This document shows positions 1 through 10,330 of a stretch of DNA of 64,000 bases, piece by piece. Origin of the DNA: Octopus sinensis (taxonomy: Eukaryota); the NCBI RefSeq assembly GCF_006345805.1, contig NC_042998.1, positions 40,858,001 to 40,922,000 on the forward strand, in the 5' to 3' direction. The notes below the pieces were generated by a model. It ran no database searches. It was given only the letters and a program-made list of their open reading frames with translations, and was not told where the DNA came from. Position 1 is the stretch's first letter. Every line of letters begins with the position of its first letter. The translations under genes were made by a program, and so were the position numbers.

Positions 1-46
1 AACTGCTTAATGTAATTTCTTTTCCCATGAAATAAGTTTACCAAAA

Positions 47-80
<34 letters not shown>

Positions 81-139
81 CTGTAAACATAAGAAGCATG
101 CTCTAAGTTACAGAGCAGTATAAATGTTAAATAGGGCAT

Positions 140-282
140 GTTTATGGGATTACCTTCGATTTCATGTCCATAAAGGGCTTAGCTTTATGGCATGTCACTA
201 TCATCAGATCCCAAAATCTGTTGGCTAATGGCCTCTAAGCTAACCCCTTTATGGATATGAAACCTAAGGTAATCCCATAAAC
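140..282. repeat. Imperfect inverted repeat (46-bp arms, ~51-bp spacer), MITE-like relic
   Basis: 140-185 GTTTATGGGATTACCTTCGATTTCATGTCCATAAAGGGCTTAGCTT is nearly the reverse complement of 237-282 AAGCTAACCCCTTTATGGATATGAAACCTAAGGTAATCCCATAAAC. Confidence 0.75.
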
Positions 283-298
283 CAGCTTCATCCAACTT

Positions 299-300
<2 letters not shown>

Positions 301-370
<70 letters not shown>
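301..370. repeat. (AC)n microsatellite
   Basis: Pure AC dinucleotide run; source of the CVCV ORF artefact. Confidence 0.98.
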
Positions 371-373
<3 letters not shown>

Positions 374-1175
374 GTGCAGTGAATAAATTGTCACCTAAAT
401 TATGAAAATAACACTGGCAACTCCTTTTAACAGATATATTTACCAAATTACATTAAAATATCTTGAAATACTAAAGAGTAAATTTATTCAATAAAATTGC
501 CATTGGCTTCAACCATGGCCTCCAGACAACTTTTGAATTGCCTGCAACTCTTCTAGAGAATCTCCCTGTTTAAGTTGATGAATGCTGCCATAATCTTTGT
601 CCTCAGTTCATCTTTGGTGTTATAAGGAGTTTTGTTGGTCTCTCACTCAGCTGTGCCTCACACATATTAATCAAGGGGGTTGCAGGCTGGAGAGTTAGGT
701 GGCCAGAATTTAGGGGTGATGTGGTTGCAGAAATTGGTTGACAGCCATGACTGGGCACTCCTGCTTGCATGGCATGGTGCAGAGTTCTGTTGCCAGACAT
801 AGGGTCTTCCAGCAGCCACCCTCTTGACCCAGGCAGCATTACCTCCTCCAGGCACATGATGTAGGCATAATGTCATCATCACTAGTGATCACTCCAAACA
901 GCATGATGACTGGATTTTTGCTAATCTCAGTACATGTCTGCAGATTGACACCAAAACACACTGAAATGTTCATATTGGAGCTTCTGGTGTGAATGCCAAG
1001 CAGTACAGCATGTCATTTCTAAATTTCTGGCAGAGTGAATTGCATCATGGTGCTGTTTTTCTCACAGATAGTGCCCAGCTGACCCTACTATACTGTATAG
1101 TTGACAAAATCAAAAACAATGTGCATGCATGAAATAAAAAATTTGAAATGGCAACAATTTGCCCATTGCACACTG
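370..1175 (-). mobile_element. Internally deleted Tc1/mariner element, maT/DD37D-like transposase relic
   Basis: TIRs: CAGGGTGCAGTGAATAAATTGTCACC (370-395) vs reverse complement of 1150-1175, CAGTGTGCAATGGGCAAATTGTTGCC, followed by TA. Minus-strand peptide WVKRVAAGRPYVWQQNSAPCH...WPPNSPACNPLD matches the WQQDxAPxH / WPPNSPDxNPLD catalytic motifs; frameshifts present. Confidence 0.85.
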
Positions 1176-1254
<79 letters not shown>

Positions 1255-1939
1255 TTCATTAGTTCTTTCTACTAGTTTATGCAGTATTTTTATTAATATT
1301 CTTTTTGTCATTAATCTACTACAAAAGCAAATTTTTATGCTGTTTCATTTCCATTCAGCTATCGGATATGCTTCCTTTTAAATATATTTTCTGTGCTTCT
1401 ATTCTCTTCTAACATGTACAATAACTTGCAGGAATTTATAAGTACTTTTGTCATTTTGTTGATTTTTCTTATCTTAAATATATTCATTTTGTTTTAGCTT
1501 CTTAAGTACAGTAGAATTTCTTTGTCGTGTGTGTATGTTTATACAACATTGCTGACATATAAGCAGTATTATTTGCCATCTTCCATGAAAATGTGCAGCC
1601 ATAGTGTTGGTCAAGTTCAAAGTGACTAGGGGAAATAGCTGCTTGAAAATGGGTGAGACTTGCTGACAGAAAGGTCATCTGCCAGCAAATGTTAATATGA
1701 TGATGGTATACACACACTGGTCAAAATAAGACTGATGATGACAGTTCCTTCATTAATTTATTTTTAACAAAACTGTATAAAATTATTTTATTTTTTACTG
1801 TTTATGTAGATATTTTTTCTCTTTTGAATGATATAGGCTTTATATATCTTTCTACAATTTGAATAATTCCATGCGTAATTAATTCAAATAATTAAAAATT
1901 TTTTGTAAAATAAGTTTAAGACTACACCAACATTATTTT

Positions 1940-2417
1940 AATACAGTTCTACATTTAAGAGATAAGGAATTATCTACATTATTTACATTTGACAGATATT
2001 TATCCTCCTCTTGTTTGTTGTTAACATAACGTTTCGGCTGATATACCCTCCAGCCTTCATCAGGTGTCTTGGGGAAATTTCTCATTCCTAAGGTATGTTG
2101 TTATTATTATTATGATTATTATTATTATTATTCTGGTCACTGCCTGGAATCGAACTTGGAATCTTGGGGTTAGTAAGTAGCCTGCGCTCTTAACCACTAC
2201 GCAGGCTACTAACCCCAAGATTCCGAGTTCAATTCCAGGCAGTGACCAAAATAATAATAATAATAATAATGATAATAATAATAATAACAATAACAACATA
2301 CCTTAGGAATGAGAAATTTCCCCAAGACACCTGATGAAGGCTGGAGGGTATATCAGTCAAAACGTTATGTTAACAGCAAACAAGAGGAGGACAAATATCT
2401 GTCAAATGTAAATAATG
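1940..2417. mobile_element. Palindromic (head-to-head) tRNA-derived SINE-like element carrying hammerhead motifs
   Basis: Arms 1977-2186 and 2200-2417 are reverse complements apart from a few substitutions and (ATT)n length. Minus arm reads GCGTAGTGGTTAAGAGCGC...AGTTCGATTCC (partial A box, B box), then an (AAT)n spacer and a CTGATGA...GAAAC motif. Possible 11-bp TSD AACATTATTTT at 1929-1939 and 2419-2429. Confidence 0.85.
2023..2068 (-). ncRNA. Minimal type I hammerhead ribozyme motif (Penelope-like)
   Basis: Minus strand GACAC-CUGAUGA-A-GGCUG-(10-nt loop)-CAGCC-GAAAC-GUU-AUGUU: core boxes intact, 5-bp stem II, palindromic AAC/GUU stem III, stem I with a mismatch at the first pair. Mirror copy on + (2326-2371) has GAAAC changed to AAAAC. 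Confidence 0.7.
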
Positions 2418-2899
2418 AAACATTATTTTGTTTAAATTGAAAATTTTCAGCATAAATGATCATTGAACAAAAATTTATTATTAGTATCTAGTTCCCTAGC
2501 CGTTATTTTCAATTATGACTTTGCAATGGTGGGACATGGAGTTTGACAAATGACCACAAAAATCACTTGGAATGTTCTGCCAATAAAATTATATAATTGG
2601 GACAAATTTGTTGGGTTTTTAGCATGAACTCTTTTAGGAAACATAATTCCATAAATTTTCTATCAGATTCAAATCTGGGCTCTGCAGAGGCCACTCAATA
2701 ACCACCATATTATTGCACTCAAAATATTGCAAAACTTTCCGAGCTTTATGAACAGGGCAATTGTCCTACTGGTAGATAGATCCCGGTGGCATCTGATTAT
2801 TTAAATATGGCAGCACATTTTCATTTACTAATTACAGATATCCCACACTGTTCAGTCTGCCATCAACCTTAACAATTGGACCAACACCTAAGCTGCTGA

Positions 2900-3640
2900 A
2901 TGTGGCTCACACCATTACGTCCCTACTTCCCACTTGTGCTGTTTCACTTTCTCAGAGCCTTCATAGTCTTTTGGAAGCACAGTTTCAGGCTACAATGGTC
3001 TCCAAGCAGCAGATAAACAACATACTGAAACCTCCATCCAAGATCATACAATGATTAGCACAGCATCAGCAATATCAAACTTACTTTTCCAAAATTTCTT
3101 CAGTGTCTCACCTCTGAAAGAAATGACCCCAAAATATTTTCTAACGAGTACCTTCATATATAGTGTTTTTTAAAATCTGCTACTCCAAGGGCTGGAAAAG
3201 AGGTGTATTGCACTGTTCTGGCAATGGGTCCATCAAATAATAAGAATGGACTGGGGCATTATCCATGACTAAAAGGGCTTTGAGGGCAAGATTATTGTCT
3301 CTGAATTACTCGCACACAGTAGGACAAAACACCGCAGACATCCCTGGTCACCCAAGCATTTTGGTTCAACTGTCACAAAACATCAAGACAGTTCTTGAGA
3401 ATGTTCCTGAATGATCTGATCTAAGGAAGTTTTACCTTATATTCCAAGAAGTATCCACACAAAGAAGTAAGGTTAGCCAGTCTTTCACCAGCTTGTGACT
3501 AGCACTGAACCCTCCTTCTTTCCATTTCTGCAATAAAGTTGTAATGAGATTTACTAAGTTTAGTTCTTCCCTTAGCCAGCTGAAAACTTTTTAATGTATA
3601 CTTGTTTTTCAGTACTGTGCAGACTGTTTATTTTTCTATT
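2900..3640 (-). mobile_element. Degenerate pogo/Tigger (DDE_1, CENP-B-like) transposase relic
   Basis: Minus-strand fragments across frames: KDWLTLLLLC, NAWVT, NNLALKALLVMDNAP, NTPLFQPLE, ETLKKFWKSKFDIADAV...SWMEVS...LSAAWRPL, colinear with Tigger motifs KDRLTLLLC / KAWMT / LLLLDNAP / NTTxLxQPMD / AWxEV...AWRKL. Confidence 0.75.
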
Positions 3641-4637
3641 GTATTCTCCAAACTAAGTTTGTTAATACGTGTTCCATTTCCATGTTTAAATATTTCCTTC
3701 TTAGTTTCTATGGTAACTGATTTTCTCACTCACTTCTGTCGATCCATTATGCTTTTAGGAAAAAGATAGAAATATTATTTTCTACATGGAATATGAAAAT
3801 TTGCAAGCTACATAAATATGTACATATAAGTTATTGAACCATCTGTACATGCTCTTCCAGCTACTTATATATGAGTGTAGTCTACTTGTAGCTATGTTCT
3901 CATACATAGTCATGTTGTTTAAATTTGTTCTAATTTTAAAGTATCTGTATTTAAATTATAGGTTAAGCTATTTAAATTGATACAACTTCTGAAAGAGATT
4001 TTCTGCAAAAATATGAAAAGTTTGGTTGAGAAGAATACTTTGGATGAGTTTTTACTCTTCATTTTTGAAGTTTTGTCAGTTCAAGTTTTTCTAAGCAATA
4101 AACTTTTCTCTTTAAACTTCCAGCCATGACTCCATTTCAAAATTTTCAAAATAACTACTCATGCTATTTTAGAAATAAATTTCCAACATCAGTTATTCTA
4201 TATTTGTTACTATTGTAGGAATATGTAATAAAAAGAAACAATATATCATCCTTCATGAAGATATCAACACATGGTTCCTTCTCTGATAAACTTTTAAGAA
4301 TTATTTTTTTCTAATAATTGTTTATTGCTTTAAAATAAATAAATGTTACAATAAAAGATCACTAGTATTAAATTGTAAATGACATGGACAACCTTCCAGT
4401 ACCTTTTCAAGCACCTTGGTCCACTTGGAAATTTATGAAACTGTTCCCTTTACCAACTGGGAACAGTGTTTTTTAATTGTAAACTAATTTTCATTTCCTG
4501 TTTTGAGTGTTTGACAACTTTTATTTTCTGGAAATGTTTCTTGACATCAGTACAACATTTCAGTATTGATTTCTTAACACAGGCTCATTTTTCATTTATT
4601 TATTTATTTATTTATTTCATGGTGGGTTATAGTAGAT

Positions 4638-6099
4638 TATATAATAATAATAATAATAATGAAATTATTGTATACAGTGCTCAGGTGCACCACAACTTGT
4701 CAGAAAGTGCATATAAAGTACATGCAGTAATGTAGAAATGTCTGGAAAGTGAACATGCTTGTGTGTGTATGGAGGGGAGAAAATCAAGTGTAGTGTTGGC
4801 GAATCTCAGGAAGCATGGAAGTTTTGAAGGATGCAGTGCTCCGACAACTAACAACCGATGCCGGCAGTTTGTTCCACGCTTCAGCAACTCTCAGCGTGAA
4901 AAAATGTTTCCTGAAGTCATGGGAGCTGTGCTGTTTTCTTACTTTGTAAATATGTCCACGGGTGTTAGATGGGTGGAGTTTGAAGAGGTGCTCAGTGTTA
5001 TTGTTTGTGCGATGGTTGATAATTTTATGGTGTCTGCCAGGTCAGCTGCCAGACGTCGGAGTTTCAATGTGTCCATGCCCAGGGAAGTAAGGCGTTCAGG
5101 ATATGGCAAATGCCTGATGGAGGGTATTCTTTTGGTTGCACGTCGCTGAACAGCTTCCAGACGATTGATGTCCTGGGCAAGATAGGGGTTCCAGACCGGT
5201 GATGCAAATTCCAGGTGAGGTCTTACCATAGCTATATAAAGCCGCAGATAGATAGCCGGAGAGCGGCTCACAAAGGATTTGGTGAGTGATGCCAAGACAC
5301 CCTCAGCCTTCTTGACAATTTTGGCGATGTGTTTTGTCCAACGCAAATCACTGTCGACAATAACACCCAGGTCACGTTCACTTGAAGACTTTTTGAGACT
5401 AGTGTTGTGGAGGGAGTAGGTGGACGCTGGGTTTCTCCTCCCAAAATGCATGGTGATACATTTGTCCACAGCCAGCTTGAGTTGCCAGTCCATGATCCAC
5501 TGCTGCATTGTGTCCAGGTCTGCTTGCAATAGAGATCCATAGTGTATAGGATTTGACCTCTTTATTTCGAGGTACAGCTTGATGTCATCTGCATATTTCA
5601 GCACTGTGGCATTCTTTAAGTTGGCATCTATGTCATTAACATATGCAACAAATAAAAGGGGGCCAAGAACAGATCCCTGCGGCACACCAGATGTCATCTC
5701 ATAGGGCGAAGAGTGCTGTCCTAGAACTGTGACAACCTCTTTTCGGCCGAAAATAAAGGACTTTAACCAGTTATAGAGTTCGTCTCTTACACCCAACGCA
5801 GAAAGCTTCACCATAAGTCTTTTGTGTGGCACAGAGTTAAAAGCCTTAGCAAAGTCCAGGTAAACAACATCCACCCAGGATCCGCGATCAGTGATTTGGG
5901 TAACATCCTCAAGAAACTCGATGAGTTGATTACAGCAGCTGGAGTTAGGAATAAATCCGAATTGTGACGGCTGGATGAGGCTGTGAGACTTCCAGAAGTT
6001 CCAGAGGGTTTCTCTGATACAGGATTCCATCAGTTTGGCGATGCAGCTGGTAAGACTGATGGGGCGATAGTTGACAGGCGATGTGCGGTCGCCTTTTTG
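4638..6099 (-). mobile_element. 5'-truncated CR1-group LINE, reverse transcriptase with one frameshift, (ATT)n tail
   Basis: ORF 4939-6030 extends upstream to KKGDRTSPVNYRPISLT (~6098). Contains YLDFAKAF, GVPQGSVLGPLLF, YADD, DLGVIVD, LEAVQRRATK. After a 1-nt frameshift near 5029 it continues TRGHIYKVRK...FFTLRVAEAWNKLP...SFK to a stop at 4784-4786; simple-repeat tail at 4638-4660. Confidence 0.93.
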
Positions 6100-6100
6100 A

Positions 6101-6200
6101 TTGGTACTTTATTTTACCAATCCTGGGTAGATGAAAAGTAGAGTTTACCTTGGTGAGATTTGAACTCAGAATTTAAAGGGCCATAATTACTTCAAAGCAA
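6101..6200 (-). mobile_element. Fragment of the second SINE family (Deu/Nin-domain-like)
   Basis: TTGGTACTTTATTTT...GATGAAAAGTAGAGTTTACCTTGGTGAGATTTGAACTCAGAA resembles the better copies at 36284-36499 and 49082-49278. Confidence 0.6.
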
Positions 6201-9200
6201 ATGGTCAGCACTCTTCTGAATATACTGATCTACTGCAATATCTAGATATTAAAGACATATATCCCTTACTATGTGAGTGATTCTATCTGAACAGAATTTC
6301 ATTTTTAAAAATAAACATGACAGTACTAATAACATCAGTGACTGAATACACTTCATACACTAGGCAAAGAAGCATTCTTTTGAAAAGGAAAATGGAAAAT
6401 ATTTTTTTATGTTTTAACTTAGTTTCACTATGCAAACTTTTCATTTTTATTTGTTCAGTTTTTTTAGAGCTAGGTCGAATCAGATCCCCCTTATGTCATG
6501 TACTCGCAATTTCTCACCCATTTTAATATCAGTGAAAGCAATAGTGTTTCCCTTGTCTTCAACAAAACCTCATGAAGAACCTCCAGTTAAGATGTCTGCC
6601 TAAGAGCTCTCTCTCTCTTATCGAGAATTGGTGTTTCCTTACAGCATTCATTACTGAACTCTTCTGTCTCACAGTCTATCAACTATGGTTTGTTCCAAAT
6701 CACAATTACAATTCTTGTGTTCTTCCTTCTGTATGTTAATTACCTTCCTGCTGTTACTTTTAACAACACACAATCCTCTACAAGTAATATCACCTTTCAA
6801 TGCTCTATTATAACCTTCCTAATCAGGGTCAGAAAATGCTTTATTCTTGGACAGGTGATAACCTTTCACTAAGCATATATATAATTCTTATCAAAGTACT
6901 ACTCACTTGGACAGTGATGCTATTTACATTAATATTCTAGACCACATTTTCCAAAAGTCAGAAGTTAGCTTAGGAGCATACTGTTTGAAGGTAATAGATA
7001 AAGTATGTTGAAAACCTTTTAATGGCATTCATATGATTTCTAAACATCTTGAGGTCAATACAATATTTCTTATATTATGAAGGCAAATTTCTGTTCTAGC
7101 AACTAGTTCCTTATGTAATCTTTGTTTATATTACTTAATAGAGATTATGCTGATTTCCTCTGAAGCAAGTTTTCACCATTCTATAGCAATTGATATTTAT
7201 AAAATAAAAGAATCAATTACATTAACAGAACTGTCACAGTCATTTTCATGTTGGGATTTGTTCATCAAGTCTAATCATATATGAAATCACTGTAACTATG
7301 TGATTTAGAAGCATCGCATTTCTTGTCCCTAAACATTGAATACCATGAAATTCCTGTCTTTAATGTTAGATATTTATAGGGAATGTGATTGAAGGTATAA
7401 AGGGGAGAAAATAAAGCATTGAATTTTCTTTCTGTTGATACAAATGTTAATCAATTTCCGGAATGATTAAAAGTAAAAGAAATTAATCTTTTGGTGTTAG
7501 GTAGAATGATTCCAAGTTAGGCATTTGTGTGCTTATCGTAGTAAAATATTTACAAACTACTGAGATTTTTTTGTAATGTGAGCAATTCACTGAGATGTAA
7601 ACATTGTTGGCCAAACTGTTGCTAAGTAAAAGAATTTAAAAAAAAGTTATTTTGCTTTTATTAACGCCTGTCTTAATTAGTTATTGTGAACAAACCATGT
7701 AATTTGGGGAAATAAAGTAAATATATAATACATTGTTAGCTTTTTAAAAGAATGCATATCTTGCTTTGTCAGTGGGTGTACAAAGAGAGTTAAATTGCTT
7801 AGAATGTGTATAGTAGAATAGTTGAAACAAGTTTTTTCTTTCCACCACAGCTTTTTTTAGCATATTAGATGATTCATCAGATTTTCACATTTGCAACCAG
7901 ATGTATTTCTTAATGATAAACTCAACTATCGATTATGAATAGTGTCTAATTTTCAATTATATAAAGCAATACTTTGCTGTTGGTCACTAAATAATTCAAC
8001 AGGAAATATATTGCTTGCTTTTGTTGACACAGCTGAAAAATATTCCATTTCCATTACATGCTTGATTAACATCAGAAAAAAAAAATCATTTACTCTCAGT
8101 ATAGACAAATCAATCTCATTCACTTTTATCTTTTCTTTTGCATAACTATATTCAATTCCATTTTTTCCCCATTTAATTTCCATTATCTTTCCTTCAGAAG
8201 AATTTTTTTAGATGGTATTTTAGCTTGAGCCTATTTCTAACATGGATAATTGAATTTCTTCTGCTATGGAAGATCTATTACGTAGTTAAAATGTACATGA
8301 TGACTTTGGAACTTAACCTAATGTATTTCAAAAACTGACTTTAGGTTTGTTTCCCCACCCACCCTGGAAAAGTCTTTTATGGAATTTGTGATTAAAGCAG
8401 TTTATCAATTGTTTCTACAAAACATCATTTGTTTATTTTGGTCAAGATCTTCATCTTTCACTTGTTTCAATCATTTGGACTGGCCACGCTAACATCATCT
8501 TTAATGGGTTTTTATGTAATATATACTTTTTTCTTATCTGAACTAACTGTAAATTTTGGTTACTTTTTCAAACTTTTAAAAAATTACTTATTCTTTCACT
8601 AATTTTAGTCTTTGGACTGTGACCATTCTGAAGTACTACTTTCTACATTAGTTATCAACATTCTCGTTTTGTAAAGGCTCATTTTAAACTTTTACACATT
8701 CAACCATAGACTACATGTACATTATGTCTCTCCTTTTTCTTGAAAAGAATATCTAAAAGCCCTAATACATTAAATTTGAAAATTGTTTTAGAAAAGGCCT
8801 GCAGCTCATAGAAAACAGCTCCATGACTTGTAAGTGTGCTGTGGCTTGTCAGTTACGAACCTCTGTTTTTGGATATTGTCGATTGCATCATGAAAGACAA
8901 AGTTGCTTTGGAATAAAGAAGTTTAAGATTTTTTTTTTCTTTAAGTACCAGTATTAGCTCATAGTTCTGTATTTTGCTTTCCAAGATTCCTATGAGATTT
9001 TAAAGTTATGTGTCAGTAATAAAATCAAACAAATTAATAAAAAAAAATCATACAAAGAAACTCATAAGAATTTTCCCCCAAAGGATGCATTATTTTAAAA
9101 TTGCATACATTATAAAAATAAAAAAATCATATTTAATATAATTGATCATCAACTGTGTGAAAATTTTGTTTCAGTATTCATTACTTTGTAGTTCAGCCAC

Positions 9201-9749
9201 TTTGATCATACGTCTGATTGTGCAAGATGTATGATCAGCGGTATTCCATCTGTGACCATTGCATCTTTTTCTTTTCAGACATAATATATTTTGGATTACC
9301 TATTTTTAGTGGGTCAAGTAACAATGTAGAGACTTAAATGTTGGGTTGATATTCATTATATTGCAGAATTTGATCTATCAGTTTGCAACCTCTGTGATTG
9401 TACCCCCTAAATGCACTCTTTGCTTTTATAGAACTTGTCAATGATAATGTATTAGCTTCTTATTTAAACAAGTAACTAATGCAAAAAGTACATTCTGATG
9501 CTTTTAACATTTCAGTGACTATACCTGATGAACCCACATCTTTCTTTTGTCATTTCCTTGATTGCCTTGCTAACCTCAGTAGGTTTAATTTGGGGTACAT
9601 TTTTTGCTGTGGTGTTGATACTCTTCATTAAGAAACATTTCATAACTATACTTTCATGCTTCTTCCTCTTCACTGACACATGCCTAAGAATACACTCCTT
9701 CCAATCTGAAGCACCTGAAGCTTTTGATCCTCATCATAGCAAATCTCTT

Positions 9750-10330
9750 ACTAACATCATGTTTATAAGAAAACCCTGTGTCTGCTTTCAACTTGTCTTT
9801 CTAAGCCTGCTGCTGAACATTCATAACATTATCCACACCCTGTTCCATTGCCATGGTACCTGGGTAATGATCTTGTTCCATCCAAGGAACTAGTCAGAGA
9901 CTTGAAGTAGGTTTCCTTTAGGAATGCTATTCTATCGTTTAATTTTTTTATGAATTGAAGAGTAAAAGTACCCTTGATTTTTGTAAAACTTCCCAGACTC
10001 ATGATATTGATGCAGCTGATAATTAGTTTGAACATTTGTCAGTAAATGCCTGAAGAAAAGATATTGAAGGAGTTTAGTAGAATTCCAGATTGCAATTTGA
10101 GGAAGAAAAGATTATACAGTGTTTTGTAGAGGATCTCAGTAGGATTACAAGAGTAAAAGAGATGGATGGTCTCGGCAGAGGGCTATGTAGTAGCCAGCTA
10201 GTTTAGAAGAATAGAGATCATTATAGTTGTATTAGATGAGACAGAGAGTGGAAATGATTTGGCTATGAAGTAGTGCTTAAAACATGATTGCTCCATGCAT
10301 TTGAGTATTGCAAAGAGTTAGTAATCGATT
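9750..10330 (-). mobile_element. Heavily eroded CR1/L2-type RT remnant
   Basis: Minus-strand fragments KCMEQSCFKH and IAFL...SSLDGTRS resemble SKxMEKxI and FLxxRxxxVxLDGxxS; many stops. Confidence 0.35.

Noticed and set aside
2186-2240. tRNA gene
   Set aside because: No cloverleaf or acceptor stem; it is the tRNA-derived head of a SINE-like repeat.
4440-4467. 9-bp perfect hairpin followed by T-run (terminator-like)
   Set aside because: Eukaryotic context and short stem; compatible with chance.
4681-5540. ORFs 4763-5149 (+), 4681-4887 (-) and 5268-5540 (-)
   Set aside because: Antisense or off-frame shadows of the CR1 RT.
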